This document shows, piece after piece, positions 55,026 through 64,000 of a DNA stretch of 64,000 nucleotides (positions within the stretch are counted from its first letter, which is position 1; each line of letters starts with the position of its first letter). Under the pieces are notes generated by a model. It had not been told where the DNA came from. It saw only the letters and a program-made list of their open reading frames with translations, and searched no databases. Source of the stretch: Vicugna vicugna (taxonomy: Eukaryota); the NCBI GenBank assembly GCA_013265495.1, contig MU058337.1, positions 5,436,716 through 5,500,715 on the forward strand, written 5' to 3'. The position numbers and the translations under genes are program-made.

Positions 55026-56307
55026 TTAATACACAAAGCGTTTCTTAGGAACACAGAAGTGAGCTTTGAGAGAACAGGGGCTGCTGTGAGGAGAGCGCCA
55101 AGGGCCAGAGTCCAGCAGAGTCAGACACTCGAGACTTGACTCTGTTTCTCTGACTCCAGCCGCATCCCACCCAGTCTTGTAAGAACTAGATGGCAGCAGG
55201 AAGAGGAGGGGCACAGAGTGGCCAACCCTCTCCTCCCCTCCCCAGACCACGGGTGGCGTGAGCCACTGAGATGGGGTCCTGGTGCAGGTTTGAATGGAGT
55301 GGGCTTTTTAGAACAAGATTCATCATGTAATGGAAAATAACAAAAAGCTTTGGGATCGCCCCCAAGATGTCAGGAAGGGAACCAGGACACTCTGGAAGGT
55401 AGTGCTGTTAGAAAAGTCAGTTCCCAGTTGTAGCCCATGACAGTCAACCTGTTCCACAAAACCAGCTCGTGATGATTTTAAGTCAGTTCATTGAAAGGTA
55501 GTATTTTATGTAAGTCATTATTGGGGGTTTCAAGTTCAATGGCATTTTTAAAGCATCAACAAATAGAGGGACATCACTTGAAGTGATCACCGTCGTTTCT
55601 GTCCATTTGTTCAGAATATTGTGACTTGGGTTAATTTTAAGGAAATATAAATCTTTCAAACAATAAATGTCAACTGTAACCATGATAATGTTCACATTTT
55701 CTTTCTCTAATAATCTCGTCAAGACTTAGAAGGCGAAAACTTTGTAATTTTATATTGGCTAATTTATGGTTAAGAAAATAAGTTATATCTGGGAACTGGC
55801 CTGGAGGAATGCTTTGGTGATCATAATTAGGACATACATATGCACCAGCTAACGCAGGAGACAGCCTGGTGTCTGTATTCTCTCTTCAGATGAATACATT
55901 CATTTTCTTCTGAATCACTCAGACTTGATGAGATAAAAATTACCTTGGTAAAAGGGATTAAACACATCATATATTATAAATACCGTGTGTTTTGTTTTAA
56001 GCAGAAGTCTGGGATTTAGGAAAATGAAATGTGTGAGAGAGAAATCAACAAAGTACTCAGTTTCATAGTAAATGTAATTTACTAAATGCTTACTATTCAC
56101 TAGGTATTATGCTGTCACTGGGGACAAGCTATGGCCCCTGACCCCTAAGAGCTTGAACTCTAGTGGAGAAAGGAAAATAAAATCACGAATCATTTAATGC
56201 AATATGCTAAAGTTTTCATGCTACCTCTGTAAGTCCCTAAAGTCACTTGGGGCTCACTGGAAGGTTACCTCTGGGTAATTTTTAGTTACACTGTGATATA
56301 TTCTAGG

Positions 56308-56542
56308 CAGAAAGAGATCAGAGTTTTTCTTTTCTTTTTTTTTTTTTTGTAAAGTCTAACAATATGAGTATGCTCTCTAGGAAAAAAATATAAAACTGCT
56401 TTGCTTTTATAAGTTTAACAAAAACATGACTATATGAACTCACTTCTGGGCCCCTTCCTGAGTCTTGGAAAGGGCCTGTGCCAGGTGGGGCCCTGAGGCT
56501 TAAGTTTTACATTTCTTTAGCTTCATGGTGTATCTGCCTCTG
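56308..56542. mobile_element. hAT-superfamily MITE (MER96B/MER53-like)
   Basis: Exact 8-bp TSD attctagg (56300-56307, 56543-56550); imperfect TIRs cagaaagagat / atctgcctctg. Confidence 0.75.
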
Positions 56543-58765
56543 ATTCTAGGACACAGAAAGCCGAAGGGTGCAGCAGCATGTGCAGGGGAGGCACCCAACC
56601 CAAACTATGGTTGAACCAGGGAGAAGGACCCAGAGGAGAAGACACTCAGTTAATTTTTGAAGGGTGAATAGGAACTAGGCAGGTGAGGGGGGAGGAGCTT
56701 CAGGCAGGTGAGAGGGAGGGGCTAGGCAGAGGTGAGAGTGTTGTAGGTTGAGGAAACTCAAACTGTTATTGCCAAAGCACAAGGCAACAACAAGAAGAAC
56801 AAAAAGTTTCTGATTTCTTTAGATTAAACAGCAGAGATGTGTAAGATACAGGGTGCTGTTCTGGACAGTGTCATTCCCTGAATTTCCACATCCAAGGGCA
56901 GAGGCTAAATTCCTTTCCTCCGCAGCGCCCCCGTCTTCTCAGAGGACAATAGTAATAATGACTGCGGGTCCCTGCAGCACTTCTTACTGGGCTGAAGACT
57001 GACCAGATAGTGAGGGCAGGACCAATGTCTTAATTTTCTGAATTGGATAAACAAGATTATTGTAATCTTTTTAAAATGAACCAGAAAAAAATGATGTTTA
57101 AACAGCCGTCCAGATCGAGGAAGGGCAACAGGAAAACTGACAATAACAGATTGTGTCTGGGATTTATGAAGTCCTCTGTGGTTCCAGGTAAAGTATCAAA
57201 CTTTTCAATTTTAGTATCATGAACAAAGCAGAAAGAGTTACATGATTAAAACTGAGACATTTTTTAATGTGATATGTTCTTCCAGCTAAGTCTGTGATCC
57301 TCTTTTTTATTTTTCTTGGTTTAGCCTAAAAGTATATTTTAACATATTCTAACTCCTAAAGGATACAGAACATGAATATAATTTGGGTTGCTGCAAATTC
57401 AGCTTAAAAAGCACTTTTACATAAAGAACATGGATGGGGAAGAAAGTTCAATAACAGATCTGGGAGCTGACTCACTTGGTTCTTTAAAAAAAAATCCTCG
57501 TTCAAGGAAGTTGTGGCATCTGCAGAATCCTCACCGCGTCTGTCTGCTGAAAAATATATTGCATTTAATTGAAACCTCCCAAAGGAAAGGTTGTTGGGAA
57601 AATCCAAGAGAAGATGCTTGTACTTTCATACTTATAAATATAAATCAGAATCCCAAAATACGAATTTCTGAGTGAGGCTTTTTCCCCTATATAGAAAACA
57701 TTTCTACCAATCGCTTTAAACCTTTAAAAACAAGTTAGTTTCAGTGTTATGTTTTATCAGATTCCCACATACTGAGTATTTTAGAAAAGAAAACTTATAA
57801 AAAGTACATCTCATGATTGTCTCTATATTTTGAAAACCATGAAAGACGTAGAAAAATACTAAACCAGATTCCCCCTAGAGTGTGACCTCTTATGAAGGTT
57901 AAATTTTGATAAATGTGCTAGCAGGAAAAGAAACTATCAAAATATCATTTAGATAGACTTCCGTAGGCCTGCCCTATGCAGCAATCCTGAGCTCAATTCA
58001 TCAAATTCAGGAAATGTGGTGATAGTCGTGATTTTCCAGTGTGTGGCTGTCTACATCTTTTAATTATTTAAAATAGCCCCTGAAAAGGAGGGAAAAACAT
58101 TGAAATCCTCCGTTAACACAAATGTTAGCTACATAATGACTAAGGGAGACACAGTGCAATAAAAAGCATTACTTTTGTTATTTGGAAGAGAAAAGTGTAA
58201 ACATGTCAGAAAAATAAAAAATGAAATGTCCCCCCAGACCCCCTAAAAACAGAGGGAACAAACTGTTTCAGAAATCAGGCGTCAACTGTTGGTGTAGGCG
58301 GCATACTGTGTGCTGGGGTCCAGAAGACGCATCTATCGAGAACACGGAGTTAATGAGAGAAGAAATCCCCCGGGGAGGGAGTGACGTGTCTGAGACACAT
58401 CTGCTCTGAGCCATCTCAGGAACCCCGCAGCATCACTGCACCATGGTGTGAAGCTCCCATGATGACACAGAGTGAAATAAAGTGGCCGGATTCTACTCAC
58501 TTTACCCTTTTTGATTTATAATTCATGCCTTGTGAAAGGTTTTCAATTGTAAAACTCTTTCAGATTTCACATCCCAACTCCGACACCCCTGTTCAGTTTC
58601 TAACCAGAAAGTCCTCAATACAATCCAGACCGGCCAGAAACGTCGCAGAACCTCCAGGGGTGGAAGTCGAATTATGCAGCCTTTTGTTGTTTTCAACTGA
58701 GAGCACCTCATCATTACGTAATAATTAGCTACATGATCAGTGGCGACACCTGGATGTTTTGTTAG

Positions 58766-59080
<315 letters not shown>

Positions 59081-59086
59081 TGATGA

Positions 59087-59251
<165 letters not shown>

Positions 59252-59834
59252 TAGCTGCACACTTTGAGCTCCCTTTTCACACCCGACATGAAGTTGCATT
59301 AAACCGTGATGTGACGGGTGTAAATAATCTCTGTAACTATTTCACAAGCTACCTTATTGCTGCCTTTCAGGCATAGTATTTAAGAGCACAATTCTCTTGC
59401 TAAATTTCCTCTTTTGGTAACTTTGCTGATGGCTGAAAAGCACATCTCCTATTGTTCAAATTGAAAGGATGGGCAGCAAGTTATTAAAATACAATAACTG
59501 AAACATGGCATTGACTGCAGGTGATATCACTCTCACAAAATGTAAATTGGATGCTGCTTTGGAGCCCAGTAGGTGAACTCAGAATTTTGATGGGGTGGTG
59601 GGGGGTTGGGGGTTGCAGTAGAAATGTTTAAATCCTAATTCATGGGATAAAAAGAAAATTTTTCTAATTTCACATAAAGACTGCATACTTTATGAACTCG
59701 GGAAGCGTGCTGAGTTCGTAACAGCTCTAGTGAACAGGACAAGAGCTCCCAAAGGGGAAAACAGCCTGCATCGCATCCTGTTAAAGAGAAAGTTGGGAGA
59801 AGCATTCTGTGTGGTTCTCCAAGTCCTGACGGCT

Positions 59835-59848
59835 CTGCCCTCTGCTGG
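59835..59848 (-). promoter_or_regulatory. CTCF-type motif CCAGCAGAGGGCAG (minus strand)
   Basis: ctgccctctgctgg on the + strand; full match to CCASYAGRKGGCRS. Confidence 0.5.
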
Positions 59849-60639
59849 GTGAGGGTCAGTCCTCTGGAATCACTCACTAAGGTTTTACGTAACTCCCCTC
59901 TGAAATGCACACTTGAAGGAAAAGCAGACTAGAGAGGTGAGATCATTGTCTGGGGCTTATAAGGAGTAGAAAAGGGGGCCAGAACTCAGAAGTAGTGCCT
60001 GTGACTGTCGTCCAAGGGCATAAAAATGTCCCCATTTGTTCTGCATTGAATTCAAGCTAGGTTTGCCTGCACGGCCCTGTGCTAGCCCGCGTCACTCAGA
60101 GCTGGGACTGATTCGTCTGCGTTCACATCAGCGCCCTTTGGTTTGTGTAGCTGCGCGTGGACTGTCTCATTCACAATCCCCCAGGCTCCACGTGTGTGGT
60201 ACCAGCGCCTCAGCCAATTGCCACCTTTGATGTGTGCCTAATGGGGATGTCATTTCATTCGGGCTTTCAAAGGGTGCGACTTGAAAATCCCTGCTTCGGA
60301 CCCCAACACTCCTCCAACTCACAGAAATGTGGAATTTAGAAAAGAGAGAAAGGTAGAGATTGTATCTCTTAGCCCCCCTATTTTACTTGAACACATTCAT
60401 AACCAGTTTCTTTAAGCCCTACAGCGTGTTCAATTAAATCCCAAGCAGCAGGAGGAAGGTGGACTTTTTTTTAGATGCCTTTGAGCCACTCAGTGAAGCA
60501 GACACTGGAAAATCCAGAATGTGGGCAGAAGCTACTCAGTCAGTTAACAGGGTTCAGGCCCTCTGAGCAGACTTCCGACTTCAGATGAACTCAGTCCCGT
60601 GATGACAAAGATACACAATTCCTGAACCTCCAAATGCAC

Positions 60640-62560
60640 AAAGGAGAAGTTAATTATTTTTAAAAGCTAACAAGTCCAAAATCATAATGAATGGTAGTAA
60701 CACATTTCTCCAAGAAAATCATGTATCAGACAGGAGAGGGAAAGAAAGAAAACAGTAGATTTGACACAATAAAAACGTTTGATCTCATGAACATATAAAG
60801 ACCTCTGACACTGACAATTTGAGAATATGTATCATTTCCAAGTACAAAATTTATCCTCTCCAAAGTCATAAGACAATAATCACCAAAGAACTGATAATGT
60901 ACACAACATGTTCTCTATCATAATTTTAAAAGATAGCAAAAAAAAAATTCCCCATAGTTTGGAACTATTAAGACAACATTCTAAGTAATTTCTGAGTTAC
61001 AGAAGAAATCAGAATAGAAAATCACAAGACATTTACATAAATTGTTTATACAAATCACATAAAAACTCACAATGTATAGATAAATCAGTAATTAGACGGT
61101 AATATATAGCTTTTAAGTGTACATGCTAGAGGGAAAAAAATCAAATATTGATTATTAATATGCCAAATATGAAAAGCAGTAAATTATAATCAGAACAACA
61201 AAGTAAAATCGAAGAAAGTGGGAGGAAGAAAGTAACAAAGATAAGGACGGAAATGAATGACACAGAAAACAAGTAACTTACAGAAAAGCTCAAGAATGAC
61301 ATAAGCTGGTTCATTAAAATAAATTAGATTAATAAACCTCTTGCAAGGTTGAGCATGAACAAAATGTGGAAAAACAAGCTGCTGTAAGTCAAATAGTGTT
61401 GGCCTTGTTACACAGACAGAAGGTTAGACTTTACAGAACAGAACGGAAAGCCTCATGTATATATGAAACAGAAGTAGCACCACAAGTCAGTGGAGAAGAT
61501 GAAACCATCTGTAAGTGATGCTGGGATAACTGACTGTCTAAAGCTCACACTAAACTGAGATATCTACCTCACAGCACACTCAAGAATCAATTCCAGATGA
61601 ATGAAAGACCTAGCTATGAAAAGCAAATTTTAAACCATGTAGAATTTATTTTTGACCCTGGAGTAGTTTTAGAGTTCTTGACATTAAAACACAAAGTGAA
61701 ATCCATAAAGAAAAAAATGGTATAAATTAGATTACATTAAAATGAAAAGTTTCTGAATGATAGAAGACAGGCTAAGCAAAAATTTTTAAAAAGCTAAGAC
61801 TAAAAGGAAATTTTTACAACTCACATAACTGACAAAAGACTAGTATCTAGAATATATTGAGACTTTCTGCAAAACATCAAAAAGTAAATACCAAGATACA
61901 AAAATGAGCAAAGAATATGAACAGGCAATTCACATAGGAACACACAGGACTCACCATTTATACACACAAAAAAATGTTTCATCTCATTAATATTAAAACT
62001 AAAATCAGATACATTTCACACTCATCAAAAGGCCAAGTTAAAATAGTCTGATAATGTCACTTATTGGCAAGAACATGAGGAAATGGGAACACTTACAGAC
62101 TGAATCCAATTTTCTTGGCTGTTGCTCTTTAGACAGCACCGTGACAATCTCTGGTAAACACAGAGATGGGTAAATTTCTAGACCCTAGCAATTCCTCTCC
62201 TAGAAATTTACACAGAGCAGGATGTTTACCGTGGAGCAGTACATGTGTGTTTTTTGCAGCATTGCCTAAACCCAACATGATACCTTCTGATATATTTGTA
62301 CAGTGGGATACTGTATGAGCGGTTAAATAAACTAATCGGATCTAGAATCTCATTGTTTGGAACACTTAATGTTCAATGAATATAAAAAAAAACTGCATAA
62401 ACTACCGCATATTGGATACCACTATATAAATTTTTGAAATTCAAAGCACACACATTTCTACATATTTATACGTGCATAAGCAGCAAAAGTCTGAAAGCAT
62501 AGGAGGAGGAGGTACCCCTGAAGGACAGTTGTTAGTTCAGTGGCAGGAAAGGCAAAATAG
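60640..62560 (+). mobile_element. Old, internally deleted L1 (L1ME/L1MC-like) ORF2 to 3'UTR
   Basis: A-rich; caattccagatgaatgaaagacct, gactagtatctagaatatat, aaagaatatgaacaggcaattcaca, gaccctagcaattcctctcctag. Confidence 0.75.
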
Positions 62561-63130
62561 GAGTGGGAAGGTGCATTTTTCCCAAGTTTCTTAAATTATA
62601 CTTCTGCCTTTATAATATAATGTAATGAAACATAATATAATATATTCATGTGCAGTTTAATAAAGCCTCAGTTGTATAATACAGACTATCTGATCTCATT
62701 TTGCCAGTTGTCACAGCATTAATTTCTCAAAAGATCCAAATTCTGTGACCTCATACCACTTAAAAATAGTTTTACAATTGCCCATATCAGAATGTTTTTT
62801 TAAAAAGACACAATATTCTTAACCAGAAGCGGCAGCACTGACAAGCTATAATTTTGCTGCAGCGTTTTCTACTAGGAAAGGAAAGGAAACAAATCCCTGT
62901 TAGTGAATATCCCTTTTTGAAAATCTACTCATGTAGAAAACCTTCTTTAGATTTTTTTCCCAAACCTGAAAATTTATCATGTTCAAAGACACCCATTGAA
63001 GGCTGCAGAACCTTCTAAACCCACTACCATCCTTTCCAGAACTCCTCTCAAGACCACGTTTGAGAATTCTGACCATGTTTATCGAACCACCACGGTATCA
63101 GAAGAATATCTTTGTTTTAAAACCAAATGA

Positions 63131-63388
<258 letters not shown>

Positions 63389-63772
63389 TAAAATAATAAT
63401 CGTGAGGCCACTAGGCGGTTGTGCATAAGTTAATATAGAAACAGATCTCTCCATAGGCTATTAAAATCAACCACCCAGAGGCCGTGCTTCAGTGCTCCTA
63501 GGATAAGCCTTAATGAAAAAATGAATTTTTAAATAAAATATGTTTGTGCTTGCCTTTTAAACGTATGAGTGAAATGTATTAAACTGACAGAAATTGAATG
63601 ATGCAGTTCTCCTTCCAATACAGACAGCGTCATGCACCGTCGTTTTAAATATTCAGAGCCAGCCACTCCTGCCAAACACTTCACAGTAGATTGAACTGTA
63701 GAAGGAAAAAAAAAATGTAATGGGTTTTAAGATGAGCATTAAAGAAAACGAAAGACAAGAAAGTAAATGTGA

Positions 63773-64000
<228 letters not shown>

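Overview
Mammalian genomic DNA, most likely a camelid, judged from tRNA-derived vic-1-type SINEs and artiodactyl-type L1 3' ends. The whole window lies inside the sodium leak channel gene NALCN on the + strand. Seventeen GT-AG coding exons (6981-63919) splice with consistent phases into one 1851-nt, 617-codon open frame. It corresponds to about L614-K1230 of human NALCN (probably exons 16-32; residue and exon numbers come from my recall of the human protein). It covers the DII-DIII linker, all of domain III (including the selectivity-filter Lys of EEKE), the DIII-DIV linker and DIV S1. The introns hold ordinary mammalian repeats (L1, L2, MIR, MaLR/ERVL LTRs, a hAT MITE, SINEs, microsatellites); family names were assigned by eye. 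No prokaryote-type system is present and nothing here is a proven new system. The best leads are unverified RNA-processing candidates: a cassette exon plus an alternative terminal exon with a polyA signal at 33.1-33.6 kb, and a stop-free, in-frame 96-nt intron whose donor can fold into a hairpin. Other leads are four near-identical CTCF-type motifs, local GC-rich patches suggestive of biased gene conversion, two apparent substitutions in the channel core, and inverted-repeat pairs.
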